Shown piece by piece: positions 9,768 to 19,637 of a stretch of DNA of 64,000 bases. This stretch comes from Candidatus Bathyarchaeota archaeon (GTDB lineage Archaea > Thermoproteota > Bathyarchaeia > Bathyarchaeales > Bathycorpusculaceae): positions 2,208,001 to 2,272,000 of the forward strand of contig OY970280.1 in assembly GCA_963715865.1 (NCBI GenBank), written 5' to 3'. A model generated the notes under the pieces. It was not told where the DNA came from and ran no database searches. It saw nothing but the letters and a program-made list of their open reading frames with translations. A program made the translations under genes and the position numbers. Each line of letters opens with the position of its first letter. Within the stretch, counting starts at the first letter, position 1.

Positions 9768-11018
9768 TTATGGCCAGAGTCCTAGTGTTTTTATGGCATT
9801 AGCAACTCTTCCCACACCCAGCATTAACGCTCCAGTGCGCATGTCACTCTCTTCCTTCTCAGCAATAGCGACTACATCGTTGAATGCTTTGGTCATTTTG
9901 GCTTCAAGTTTTCTGTTGACTTTTTCCAGTGGCCATTGCTCGCGGGTTAAGTTTTGTACCCATTCAAAGTAGCTTACTGTTACGCCGCCTGAATTGGCGA
10001 GGATGTCTGGAATTAAGCAAATGTCTTTTTCGTACAATGCTTTATCGGCTTCAGGCGTGGTTGGTCCGTTTGCTGCTTCAGCGACCATTTTTGCTTTGAT
10101 TTTGTCGACGTTCTTGCAGGTGATTTGGTTCTCCAGCGCTGCAGGAATAAGCACGTCGCAAGTTAATTCAAGTAGTTCCTCGTTAGTTATGTTCTTGCAG
10201 CCCTTGTAGTTCTGAACAGATTTGGTTTTTTCTTTATGCGCTAAAACATCCGCTGGGTTTAAGCCGTCTGCGCAGTAGATTCCTCCTGTGGAATCGCTAA
10301 CGGCTATTATTTTGCAGCCTACTTCTTGCGCTGCCACTGTTGCATGGTAGCCGACATTGCCGAAGCCTTGAATGGCCACGGTGGCGTTTTTGAGTTTCAG
10401 ATGGTTGTTTTCTGCGGCTTGTTTTACGCAGTGAATTACTCCTCTACCCGTGGCTTCCGTTCTACCCCAAGAACCTCCGATTTCGACTGGTTTGCCAGTG
10501 ACGCTTTCAGGTATGCTGTAGCCTTTCATTTGGCTGTAAGTATCCATTATCCATGCCATGGTTTGTGCGTCAGTGTACATGTCTGGCGCAGGAATATCAC
10601 GGTGTGGCCCCAAATACTCAAAGATTAGACTGACGTACCTTCTTGTTAATCGTTCAAGCTCGTGTTTGCTCATTTTTTTAGTGTCAACGCATACTCCGCC
10701 TTTTGCTCCACCAAACGGTATGTCAGCGATGGCGCATTTCCAAGTCATCAACATTGCCAATGCGGTAACTTCGTCGAGAGTAATGTTCGGGTAGTAGCGG
10801 ATTCCGCCCTTGAATGGTCCACGTGCATCCCAATGTTGAACTCGGACGCCGCTGAATACGCCCACGGTTCCGTTATCCATGCGGATGTCGATGCTTACAA
10901 TGATAGAGCGTTTTGGCAAGCTTAGCATCTTATGCATGCCAGAATCCAACTGTAACTTTTTGCAAGCCAGTTTTAATTGAGAAAGAGCGACAGTTAACGG
11001 CGTGTGTTCTTCAGCCAT
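9768..11018 (-). CDS. gdhA: Glutamate dehydrogenase
   Basis: RGPFKGGIRY, PFGGAKGG, DIPAPD, GRTEATGRG, QGFGNVG, EAANGP motifs. Confidence 0.96.
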   Translation of the reverse strand: MAEEHTPLTVALSQLKLACKKLQLDSGMHKMLSLPKRSIIVSIDIRMDNGTVGVFSGVRVQHWDARGPFKGGIRYYPNITLDEVTALAMLMTWKCAIADIPFGGAKGGVCVDTKKMSKHELERLTRRYVSLIFEYLGPHRDIPAPDMYTDAQTMAWIMDTYSQMKGYSIPESVTGKPVEIGGSWGRTEATGRGVIHCVKQAAENNHLKLKNATVAIQGFGNVGYHATVAAQEVGCKIIAVSDSTGGIYCADGLNPADVLAHKEKTKSVQNYKGCKNITNEELLELTCDVLIPAALENQITCKNVDKIKAKMVAEAANGPTTPEADKALYEKDICLIPDILANSGGVTVSYFEWVQNLTREQWPLEKVNRKLEAKMTKAFNDVVAIAEKEESDMRTGALMLGVGRVANAIKTLGLWP

Positions 11019-11257
11019 AAGATTTCCTTCTTAATAAGATTGTTAATTAGGAGTAGCTAGATAAGAATTGCCTTTGCCAGTTTGTTGTGTGTTTGGTTGA
11101 TGCTTTTGTATACAGAAGTTCGCCAGTAGTGCTCGGAGAGATCGGTCCTCCATTATATGGATAATTGGTATTCAACTATTGGTTAATTTTGGATTAAACA
11201 AGCTAAAAATTAGTTATAATTAAATCAAATCAAAAAAATATGAAAAAGAAAAGAAGT

Positions 11258-12868
11258 TTAATAGTCTAGGATTTTCTCGACTGCGTCTTTTTCAACTTCG
11301 TCGGCTAACGGGATGCCTGTAACTTTGGTGGCTATTTCGCTTAGGCTCATCAGGTCGTTCCTGCTAAGCAGGTTAAGTTTCCATTTTCTGTTGCCAGCCA
11401 TCAGCTGTTTCAATCCAACGCCAATTCTATCATTCAGATATGTGTATACGCCTATGCTTTCTGCTGGGATTTCGCTGAAGCGTTTGCTGTATTTTGATTT
11501 TAGTTCTGGTGTGGCTATGAAGAATTTCTCTGGCGTCGTGCCAAAGCGCTCTGCAAAGGTTTTGGGTAGTTTGCCTTCTTGTGAAAGTTGCTTGAAGTAG
11601 CTTGCTTTCATGGCTGCAGTGATTGGTGAGCGCCCCATCAAGACAGCCTTAACAAGTGGACCTTGCCCGAAGTTGCTCATGGCAATGGTTTTGAATATGG
11701 ATGTTTCCTCTATGAAGCCGCCTGCCATGACAAGGTCTGGAACGTACTTGCCTTTCTTCTTCAGTATCTGTGCACAACGGAGCACGATGGCTTGGAGGTA
11801 GATGGTTGGGATGCTCATTTCATCCATCATTGGCACTGGACTCATGCCTGTTCCGCCGCCTGCGCCGTCAAAGCTTAAAGCGTCGATTTTTGCTTCTGAA
11901 GCGAACTTCATGGTGTATGCTACTGCTGATGGCCTGTATGCGCCTGTTTTGAGGAATACTTTTTTTGCTCCTTGCTTGCGTAGCCATTCGATGTCCTCGA
12001 TGAACGGTTTCTCTTTTGGTATGCCTACCCTGCTGTGGCGCTCGAATGTTTGGAAGACGCCTTCTTTGAATGCTTGCTGTGCCACTGGGTCTTCTGGGTC
12101 TGGAATGACGATGTAGCCTCGTTTCTTTAGCAGAATAGCTTTTTGCAGGTCTTTGAGGCGTACTTCGCCGCCGATGGCTTTGGCTCCTTGACCCCATTTG
12201 CGCTCAATAATATTCACTTCTAGCTTGGATAGGGCATAAGCGTCTATGCCTAGCTTTTGGTCTTCAACGTTAGTTTGAACGATTACGTCGCCGTATTTTC
12301 CATCCCAAAACTTCCTAAAAGAATCGACTCTGCGCTTGAGTTCTTTTGATTCTGTTACTTTCCCGTTAGTTATTTTGGCGTCAACATCCATTCCGCAGAC
12401 ATTTTCTCCGACAGTTATTGACACACCTGATAAGGCTGCGCCGATTGCTAGGGCGTCCCAGTTTAAGCGTGCAACGTCTGTTGAGCCGAAGGCGCCTGTC
12501 AGGATTGGTAGTTTAAGTGGCATTCCGCCGACGGTTGTTTCGATGTTAACGTTTGGGAATATGGCGACTTCTGAGCTTTCTTTGATTCCTTGTGCATCGA
12601 AGAGTCCTGCTTGGATACTGAATTGCGACCAGTCTAAGCCAAAGTTTTTGAGAGCTCCAGCGGTGCTTGTTCCGAATTGTGCTGGTTCTGGGTAGAGTGC
12701 TTCTCGTCCTCTGAAGGCTGAAAGGCCGATTTCGCACATGATTGGGCAGTCGCGGATGCATATGGGGCACATGCCGCTGATAGTGCTTGTGTCTTTAACT
12801 CGTGTGGTTGTTCCAACTGTTGATTTTCCGTTTAGGTATGAACCGTTTTTTTGTACACGTTCACTCAT
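11258..12868 (-). CDS. Stand-alone FMN-binding glutamate synthase family protein
   Basis: N-terminal CPICIRDC Fe-S motif, KWGQGAKAIGGE, FDGAGGGTGMSP, MAGG and MGRS FMN-barrel motifs. Confidence 0.85.
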   Translation of the reverse strand: MSERVQKNGSYLNGKSTVGTTTRVKDTSTISGMCPICIRDCPIMCEIGLSAFRGREALYPEPAQFGTSTAGALKNFGLDWSQFSIQAGLFDAQGIKESSEVAIFPNVNIETTVGGMPLKLPILTGAFGSTDVARLNWDALAIGAALSGVSITVGENVCGMDVDAKITNGKVTESKELKRRVDSFRKFWDGKYGDVIVQTNVEDQKLGIDAYALSKLEVNIIERKWGQGAKAIGGEVRLKDLQKAILLKKRGYIVIPDPEDPVAQQAFKEGVFQTFERHSRVGIPKEKPFIEDIEWLRKQGAKKVFLKTGAYRPSAVAYTMKFASEAKIDALSFDGAGGGTGMSPVPMMDEMSIPTIYLQAIVLRCAQILKKKGKYVPDLVMAGGFIEETSIFKTIAMSNFGQGPLVKAVLMGRSPITAAMKASYFKQLSQEGKLPKTFAERFGTTPEKFFIATPELKSKYSKRFSEIPAESIGVYTYLNDRIGVGLKQLMAGNRKWKLNLLSRNDLMSLSEIATKVTGIPLADEVEKDAVEKILDY

Positions 12869-13061
12869 TTTCTCACTCTTCCTAGTTCCCGCTAAATGCT
12901 AAATTGTACACAGTACGATTGTTCAGTATTTAACATTATGCAACAGCATCTATATGCAAAAAAACGCTAATTATACGAAATAAATGTAACAACCGTTCAA
13001 CGATATACGTGGTTAAAAAAACAAAAAACACAACATTTAATTAATTATCAAAAGAAAGATT

Positions 13062-13400
13062 TTAGAATTTTTCAAGGTACTCTTCAAACTGCTTCCTATC
13101 CCTCAAGCATTGGGAGCAAACACAGCTGAGGGGCAGATTCTTAGTGGTGCATAACTCGTTATATTTGCAGTCACCGCATGAAAAGTCTTTTCCACAGCGA
13201 GTGCAGTTTTGAAGAAAAACAACTTCAGTATTTAAAATGCCACCGATTGTATCCATAAGCTTTTCAATGTTATTATAATTTTTAATGGAAAAGGCGCTTT
13301 GCTCCCGGTTATACTCCAACCCCAGATGCAATAATAGGATAAACTTTTCTTTTTCAACCCGTGGAAGCTTGAAAGCATTCTTGTTCAAAACCGTCACCAT
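13062..13400 (-). CDS. Hypothetical protein with Cys-rich C-terminus
   Basis: CTRC..CGDC..C..CVCSQC; starts 7 nt after the rfcL stop, same strand. Confidence 0.65.
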   Translation of the reverse strand: MVTVLNKNAFKLPRVEKEKFILLLHLGLEYNREQSAFSIKNYNNIEKLMDTIGGILNTEVVFLQNCTRCGKDFSCGDCKYNELCTTKNLPLSCVCSQCLRDRKQFEEYLEKF

Positions 13401-13407
13401 TTCCGTC

Positions 13408-14637
13408 TCAGAACCTGTTCATTTGAATTAGAAAATCAACCTCTTCAGGCGTAAGCTTAAACCAAGAAGCTATAGGGCTTGATTTTTGTTTTTGCAGCAT
13501 GCTCTTGATGAATGGAACAAAATCATGTTTAGCTGTTTCACGGGAAACATGGCATTTGGCTCCAATTTTTCCGCAGATGGCGTCTAGCATTGTTCTTTTG
13601 CCTTTAGTCCAAAACAAAGTAATAATTCTGATAGGCGGCGAAATAAACTCAAAGGGCTTGTATGATTCAGGATCGACCGCTGCTGCTTTTGATAAGGAAT
13701 TGTAAAAGTACTTTAAAAGATGCCAGTTCTCAGTTCCAATCCTTCCTCGGAAGACGTCGGCTTGTGAAACGAAATCGTAGGCAGCGGCAAGCTCTGCTGG
13801 GTCAGTGTATCGTCTTGGGAGATTGTCGCTTACTGAAAGCAGAAAATCGTCATAGTCGACGCTTGAGCGGCTAAGTAGAGTTGAGACTTCTGCAATTGAT
13901 TTTGCTGAGAAAAATCCTCTCAGTGTTTCATCCATGCTTATGTCTTTGTTTCTTGAACTCAAAGCCATGGTATCTTGAAGTGTAAGCACTCGGTTTTCTT
14001 CACTTAGGCTTTGAAGGTCGTTTATGGCTGACCGCACGTCACCTCTGCTGTTTTGGGCAATACGCTCAAGCGCTTCAAACTCTGCTTTCACGTGCTCTAG
14101 CAAACAAATCTTCGCCAATAAAGCAATGATAAGTGGTATCCTGATTTGGTGAAAACGTATGAGCAAGCAGACTTTCTTTAGTGGTCTTAGCTTATCCAAG
14201 TCAGGGTCGTTTGCTGCCATTATTACTGGCACAAGGGAGTCCTCAACAATTTTTAATATGGCGCTTACGCCGCCTCTGTCCTCGTTTCCCGCGATGCCGT
14301 CAACCTCATCGAGGAAAAGAAGGTTACCTTTGCTTTCAGCTGAGAATGTGTCTAAAGCAACAAAGGAAGTGGCAGGTCCAGCAACCTTGTTTATTGCTTT
14401 TTCTGACCTTGTGTCGCTTGCGTTCATTTCAATAATGGTAAACCCAGACTCTTTTGCGGCGGCATTAGCCAGTGCCGTTTTTCCCACGCCAGGCGGTCCA
14501 TAAAGCAAAACTGCCTTCTTACTCCGCCGCTTGCTTTTCAGCCATTCGACAAAAGTAGCTTTCGCTTCTTCATTACCGATTATGTCTTCTATCTTTTTTG
14601 GGCGGTACTTTTCAACCCATAAAAGATCATTTCTCAA
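13408..14637 (-). CDS. rfcL: Replication factor C large subunit
   Basis: WVEKYRP, GPPGVGKT, EMNASD, LDEVDG, GDVRSAINDLQ. Confidence 0.93.
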   Translation of the reverse strand: MRNDLLWVEKYRPKKIEDIIGNEEAKATFVEWLKSKRRSKKAVLLYGPPGVGKTALANAAAKESGFTIIEMNASDTRSEKAINKVAGPATSFVALDTFSAESKGNLLFLDEVDGIAGNEDRGGVSAILKIVEDSLVPVIMAANDPDLDKLRPLKKVCLLIRFHQIRIPLIIALLAKICLLEHVKAEFEALERIAQNSRGDVRSAINDLQSLSEENRVLTLQDTMALSSRNKDISMDETLRGFFSAKSIAEVSTLLSRSSVDYDDFLLSVSDNLPRRYTDPAELAAAYDFVSQADVFRGRIGTENWHLLKYFYNSLSKAAAVDPESYKPFEFISPPIRIITLFWTKGKRTMLDAICGKIGAKCHVSRETAKHDFVPFIKSMLQKQKSSPIASWFKLTPEEVDFLIQMNRF

Positions 14638-15662
14638 TAGGTTTCCCCTATGTTTTTACCAAATTTTGCGAATTGAGCAAGCAACGCGCTTAACTGGATG
14701 TCGCTGTTGGCGCCTTGTGTTAAGCGGTAATCATACTCGCCGATTATGTTTGATAGGTCTGCTTTTTGTTCAGGCGTAAGATCCGACATTTTGAAAATCT
14801 CCCGCTGTATCTGGCGCACTATTTCGGAACCTGAAAACCCGTAAGAACCCATTATTTCATACATTGTTTTCCTTGCTTCCATAAAGTCGCCGTATAATGC
14901 TTTTCTAATCATTTTTTGAACTTGCATTGGGCTGGCTTCCCCGATAACAAGCGAAACTGTCTTCTCATCTACTACTCCTTCCTTGTACGCTGAAGCTGTC
15001 TGTAACGCGTTTATAGCGTGCCTAAGATCGCCTTCTGAGTAATCCACTATTCTTTCAGCCGCTTCAGGCAACAGTTTAACGTTTTCTTTCTCGGCTATGT
15101 ATTGTAGGTGCTCTTTCATTGCTTGCTTATCTATTCTTGAAAATCGGAATACGGCGCAACGGCTCTGTATTGGTTCAATTATCTTGCTTGATTGGTTGCA
15201 TATCAGGATGAACCTGGATGTGCGAGAGCTGGTTTCCATTATTCTTCTCAGCGCTGTCTGGGCAGGACCAGTCATCTGATCACTCTCATCCAGAATAATC
15301 AAAGCAAACGGAACATCACCAAAACCTGAACGGCTATAACGTGAGAAATCTTTAACTCTTTCACGCACAGTGTCGATGCCTCTTTCATCAGACGCATTGA
15401 GCTCAAGTGTGAAGCTTTTCCAGTTTGGACCAAAAAGTTCATGAGCAATACAGAGGGCAGCAGTCGTTTTTCCAGTGCCCGGTATCCCTGCGAACATCAG
15501 GTGAGGCATCGTTTTTGGTTTTCTCATGAAAGCTTTAAGGCTTTCAACGATGTCGTGTAAGTCTACGACCTCGTTTAGGTTTTTTGGGCGGTACTTTTCG
15601 ACCCACATAAGTGCTTCTTCATTAACTGCCATTAAGTTAACCTTCCACAATAAATTATACAA
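14634..15662 (-). CDS. rfcS: Replication factor C small subunit
   Basis: WVEKYRP, GIPGTGKT, ELNASDERG, ALRRIME, SRC motif; no intein. Confidence 0.95.
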   Translation of the reverse strand: MYNLLWKVNLMAVNEEALMWVEKYRPKNLNEVVDLHDIVESLKAFMRKPKTMPHLMFAGIPGTGKTTAALCIAHELFGPNWKSFTLELNASDERGIDTVRERVKDFSRYSRSGFGDVPFALIILDESDQMTGPAQTALRRIMETSSRTSRFILICNQSSKIIEPIQSRCAVFRFSRIDKQAMKEHLQYIAEKENVKLLPEAAERIVDYSEGDLRHAINALQTASAYKEGVVDEKTVSLVIGEASPMQVQKMIRKALYGDFMEARKTMYEIMGSYGFSGSEIVRQIQREIFKMSDLTPEQKADLSNIIGEYDYRLTQGANSDIQLSALLAQFAKFGKNIGETY

Positions 15663-15743
15663 TAACGTGTTTCAATTACTAATTTACTTTTCCGTAACAA
15701 TATAAGCATATTCTGGCAGAAAAATAACTAAATCCTTTGTTAG

Positions 15744-16085
15744 TTAGCCTATTTTGCTTCCTTCAGCAATATCCTTCTCAGGCTGTAGCACAGTAACGTT
15801 TCCTTCACTGTCTTCAGCAGCTAAAATCATGCATTGCGATTCCACACCGGCCAACACACGCCTTTGGAGATTTAACAGGAAAACGCATTTTTTGCCAACC
15901 AATTCCTCAGGCTTATACCACTTAAGCAGACCTGCAACCGCCTGCCTTTTCTCCGACCCAAAATCAACAGTTATTTTAATTAGCTTTTTTGAGTTTGGAA
16001 TTGGGGTTGCTTCAACTATTTTTCCTATGCACAAGTCAAGTTTTTGGAACTCAGCGAATGATATTTCTTCAGCCAAGCAATTCAC
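15744..16085 (-). CDS. Stand-alone tRNA-binding OB-fold protein (MetRS C-terminal/Trbp111/CsaA type)
   Basis: ISFAEFQKLDLCIGKI..RQAVAG..NL..GVESQCMILAA. Confidence 0.88.
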   Translation of the reverse strand: MNCLAEEISFAEFQKLDLCIGKIVEATPIPNSKKLIKITVDFGSEKRQAVAGLLKWYKPEELVGKKCVFLLNLQRRVLAGVESQCMILAAEDSEGNVTVLQPEKDIAEGSKIG

Positions 16086-16099
16086 GCTCTAGCGATAGT

Positions 16100-16780
16100 T
16101 TAATTTTCATTGATATTTACTTTGCTTTCCTTTGCCAGTCTGATTCTTTCTTTAGTTGCTAACTTGTGGGCTTGCAGCAGCGGCTCCGGAATTCGACTTC
16201 TAGCGCAGTGCTTAACGATTTTGATGGCTGTTTCAAGGGACACCATGTGACCGATGCTCACATAAATGGGCTTGGCACCCTGCTTTGTTGTCACTACGGC
16301 ACCGATGATTTCGCCTTTATCAACCAAAAAGGTTTCCCCATCCATCTCAACTGGCGTGCCAATCAACCTGCTTTTTGCAGCGCCAATAGAGGGTTTTCCA
16401 ATCGCAAGACCAAGATGGCTGGCGAATCCACACCTATAGGGATGTGCTATTCCCTGTGCATCAACAAGGAACACATCAGGTTGAATCTTCAACTCTTTTA
16501 TTGCTGCCATCGCAGGCGGAATTTCTCTAAAGGACAGCAAAGTTGGAATATAGGGAATCTTAACTTGACGTGTTGCAACTTGAGTTTCCAAAAGCTTCAA
16601 AGACTCATAATCCAAAACTGATATGGCGCCGACGCCTAAACTCCCCAGATATGAAACGTCAACGCCGGCCACGGTTCTAATTTTTTGCCGTAACCTATCT
16701 TCCAAAATAATCTTCTTTGATAAACAAACCTGTGTCTCATGTGCTTTTTTTACTGAAAAATTCTTCGTTAACTTAGGCAA
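16100..16780 (-). CDS. nfi: Endonuclease V (start probably TTG at 16780)
   Basis: AGVDVSY, PYIPTLLSFRE, VDAQGIAHP, GFASHLG, IGAAKS, PIYVSIGH, PEPL motifs. Confidence 0.92.
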   Translation of the reverse strand: MPKLTKNFSVKKAHETQVCLSKKIILEDRLRQKIRTVAGVDVSYLGSLGVGAISVLDYESLKLLETQVATRQVKIPYIPTLLSFREIPPAMAAIKELKIQPDVFLVDAQGIAHPYRCGFASHLGLAIGKPSIGAAKSRLIGTPVEMDGETFLVDKGEIIGAVVTTKQGAKPIYVSIGHMVSLETAIKIVKHCARSRIPEPLLQAHKLATKERIRLAKESKVNINEN

Positions 16781-16781
16781 T

Positions 16782-17444
16782 TCAAATGTTACCCTTTTCT
16801 GGCTTGCGCTTAGCTGTGCGTTTTGCTGGTTCAAACCGCTTCAATTGATCCTCAAGGGATTTTCTACGAATTTCCAACGTGATGTCGCCGCGTGTAGTTT
16901 CGATTATTCTTCTTGCAATGTCAGATTTATGCCTGAGTCCTGGAACAAGCATGTAAGCCTCATCAAGAGCCAATAACTGAATGAAAACTTGATCCATGAT
17001 TTCCAAGCATTCTTCGCCTTTTTTAACTTTTCCTTCACGTAAATTATCTAGTGCTAAGCGCCTGTATTCACCTATTACATCTGCTAAACCAAGCACGTAA
17101 TCAACCGAAGGCACTTTAACCTCAGCTGGCGTTACAAAACGCGATTCCTTAAATAGCGTCGAAAATATGCGTGCTTCCGAATATTCCTGAAGTGCTGCAC
17201 TAAACATGCCGCCATAAACAATCTCAGGATACTCCTTAGCTAAATCCTGAAGGCTTGAAATTTTCTCTTTAGCACTCTCAATAAGTTTTTCAGCATCAAC
17301 ATATTTTTTTTGATGAATCAGAAGTATCGCTTGTTTGGAGAGGCTTGTTGCTTTCCGCATGCTTTCGTGGGTTTCTTCGCGAATCTTATTTTTTTGCATG
17401 AGTTCGTTTTTTACTTCTTGAAGAACAGTTTCTAAAGAGGACAA
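16782..17444 (-). CDS. Archaeal translin/TRAX-like protein
   Basis: All-helical; LQEYSEA and YVLGLADVIGEYRR motifs typical of the translin/TRAX family. Confidence 0.85.
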   Translation of the reverse strand: MSSLETVLQEVKNELMQKNKIREETHESMRKATSLSKQAILLIHQKKYVDAEKLIESAKEKISSLQDLAKEYPEIVYGGMFSAALQEYSEARIFSTLFKESRFVTPAEVKVPSVDYVLGLADVIGEYRRLALDNLREGKVKKGEECLEIMDQVFIQLLALDEAYMLVPGLRHKSDIARRIIETTRGDITLEIRRKSLEDQLKRFEPAKRTAKRKPEKGNI

Positions 17445-17522
17445 AATTACACCATATAATAGAATGATTGCTTAGTTATTTATTTCAATTTCTTAATAAA
17501 AGAAGTTTAGCTTTGCCTATGT

Positions 17523-17714
17523 TTATGGCTGTTCTGATCCAGTCCATTTCTCGATGAGAAGTTTACTATCTCCTAAGACGAAGCTTACTTTGACGAACTT
17601 TGAATCTGTTACTTTAAATGGAAACATGCTGTCTTCCGCTAAGTCTTTGGGAAGGTAGACAAGGTATTTACCATCCTTTCTTCTGAACAAGCGCCCTCTT
17701 CCTTCGCTTACCAT
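17523..17714 (-). CDS. Small AbrB/MazE-like swapped-hairpin DNA-binding protein
   Basis: GRGRLFRRKDGKYLVYLPKDL beta-hairpin pattern, 63 aa. Confidence 0.55.
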   Translation of the reverse strand: MVSEGRGRLFRRKDGKYLVYLPKDLAEDSMFPFKVTDSKFVKVSFVLGDSKLLIEKWTGSEQP

Positions 17715-17804
17715 AGTAACAACCGCTTGATTGAACAGTTAAAGCATAAGGGCAAAAAATAAGTATTTAAATTTATCCGACCCGCAAATTCTCAAAATAC
17801 GGCT

Positions 17805-18767
17805 TCAGTTGGTTCCAACCTGAATAGGCTTCTCCAGCTTGCTCAATAATACCACTCTGCTCTCTGGAGCTTCATCAATAATCTTGTACCCAGTCTTCTC
17901 CGCTAACTGCCCAGCAAAATCCCTGACTTCGCTGTGCAAAGGCATGTTTTCAAAGCCCAAGCGGAGATTTGAAAAACCAATATGCATGTACGCTTTTGCT
18001 TCAATGTACGTGGGATTGGCTTTTTCGACAAGTTTAGCATATTCATCTACATGGTTCATGTTGTGCTCTTTAACCAGCGTCATGCGAATTACCGTGGGAC
18101 AACGGAAACTCTGCAATAAACCAAGCGTGTCGTTTAATTTTGCCCAAGCGCTGGGAAATTGAGGACGGCAAACCCGCTTGTATACCTGCTCGTTTGGTGC
18201 ACATACTGAAATATAGAGTTGCGTGGGTTCTTGGCTTAGTTTTGAAAGTTTAGCTGGCAAAGTGCCATTGGATACGAGAAAAGTGGTGAAGCCTTTTTGG
18301 TGAAATGTTTGAATTAACTCTCCGAGCGGCTCGTAAAGCGTTGGTTCCCCAGTCAAACTTATCGCAACATGCTTAGGCGTTAGGGCTTCTTGAAATTTGT
18401 GCCAGTTTGTTTTTGGGTTTCCTTTGTATCCGGTTAAAATTTTCTCTTGTGCCCTCAGGCTTCCCTGAATAATTTCCTCTGGTGAGTCTACTCTTGGAAT
18501 TTTCATCTCATCCCAAGTAACCTGCAAGTCTCCGCTTTGGGCTCTCCAACAAAACAAGCATTGCTGTGTGCAATAGTAAAGTGAAGGCGACATTTGAATG
18601 CACCTATGCGATTTTATGCCATAAAACTTCTGTTTATAACACGGTCTATCATTAACTATAGATTCGTAAAGCCACTTACACCTTTTAACCGCTGAATGAT
18701 TGCCTACCAAATGGTATTTTTGCTTCTTTAAAGCCCCCGAAAGCGTGGCCGCAGTGTTTTTTTCCAA
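17805..18767 (-). CDS. taw1: 4-demethylwyosine synthase (radical SAM, TYW1/Taw1)
   Basis: HSAVKRCKW, CYKQKFYGIKSHRCIQM, CTQQCLFC radical SAM motif, EAKAYMHIGFS. Confidence 0.95.
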   Translation of the reverse strand: MEKNTAATLSGALKKQKYHLVGNHSAVKRCKWLYESIVNDRPCYKQKFYGIKSHRCIQMSPSLYYCTQQCLFCWRAQSGDLQVTWDEMKIPRVDSPEEIIQGSLRAQEKILTGYKGNPKTNWHKFQEALTPKHVAISLTGEPTLYEPLGELIQTFHQKGFTTFLVSNGTLPAKLSKLSQEPTQLYISVCAPNEQVYKRVCRPQFPSAWAKLNDTLGLLQSFRCPTVIRMTLVKEHNMNHVDEYAKLVEKANPTYIEAKAYMHIGFSNLRLGFENMPLHSEVRDFAGQLAEKTGYKIIDEAPESRVVLLSKLEKPIQVGTN

Positions 18768-18981
18768 GTTTCCACCGAAATTGATTAAACTTTAGAATCT
18801 TCCGTCTTTTAAAAATCCTGCGCTAAAATGAATTTTTAGCATGAAATCAATTTTGTTTCAGTTGTTTTAGCCTGTTTAGGTCTTCTATCCAACGGTTAAA
18901 TGGCAAAGTTTAAAATCATCTCTTAGTTAAATCATCAGTCATTACAGATGTTAATAGCTATCTATCGGAGAGCAAAGTGGT

Positions 18982-19581
18982 TTGAATAAAAAAATTGTTG
19001 CGGTCACCCTCTTAGTCTTAATGTCATTTGCTGTTGCGCTTACACCTTCCGACCATGTCTTTGGGCAAAATACCAACCTTGGCGTAAGCATTTTGCAGGT
19101 TTCTCCAGCAGGCTCATATATAAGCAACGGAACAAGCACATTAACTGGACCAGTAGGTTACGCGTTAAATCTTCAAGGAACCATTTACACGTCCAATGGT
19201 GCCTACCAAGTGATATTTGCTAACCAAGTTGTTGCCAGCGGCACTTCTGAGGGATATTACGTTAATGCGAACTTTAGTGTGCCTGAGGTTCCAAGCGGCA
19301 CTTATGCATTAAGGCTTAGAGACGTCCCAGCCAATGTAAACTCGACTGAAGACGATTTCCAAGTTACAATTGTCTACTCCATAAACGCGGTACCTTCACA
19401 AGTGCAGGAAGGTGGCAGTGTAGTGTTTAATGTTGCTGTCACTGGAGGAGACCCAGGCACGGCCTACAATGCGAACGTTTCTGTAACACTTCCAAGCCCA
19501 CTTAACACAGAATATTCAAAAATACTATCACTAGGGGCTACCAGCCAAAAAGGAACTGCAAATGCTCAAGTCACTTTCTAG
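18982..19581 (+). CDS. 5' part of a frameshifted large secreted surface protein
   Basis: Signal peptide followed by Ig-like S/T/N-rich sequence; ends at TAG 19579-19581 while coding-like sequence continues in the -1 frame. Confidence 0.7.
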   Translation: MNKKIVAVTLLVLMSFAVALTPSDHVFGQNTNLGVSILQVSPAGSYISNGTSTLTGPVGYALNLQGTIYTSNGAYQVIFANQVVASGTSEGYYVNANFSVPEVPSGTYALRLRDVPANVNSTEDDFQVTIVYSINAVPSQVQEGGSVVFNVAVTGGDPGTAYNANVSVTLPSPLNTEYSKILSLGATSQKGTANAQVTF

Positions 19582-19637
19582 ATTCACTCACCAATTATAC
19601 GGGCTCATACACTGTCTACTTTAACCAGTCTGTTCCT

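Noticed and set aside
6922-15662. Inteins in MCM or RFC (common insertion sites)
   Set aside because: Protein lengths and motif spacing are canonical; no intein terminal motifs or homing endonuclease inserts
19579-19581. Pyrrolysine or stop read-through of the TAG in the split surface gene
   Set aside because: The same frame hits another TAG at 19660-19662; the continuation is in a different frame
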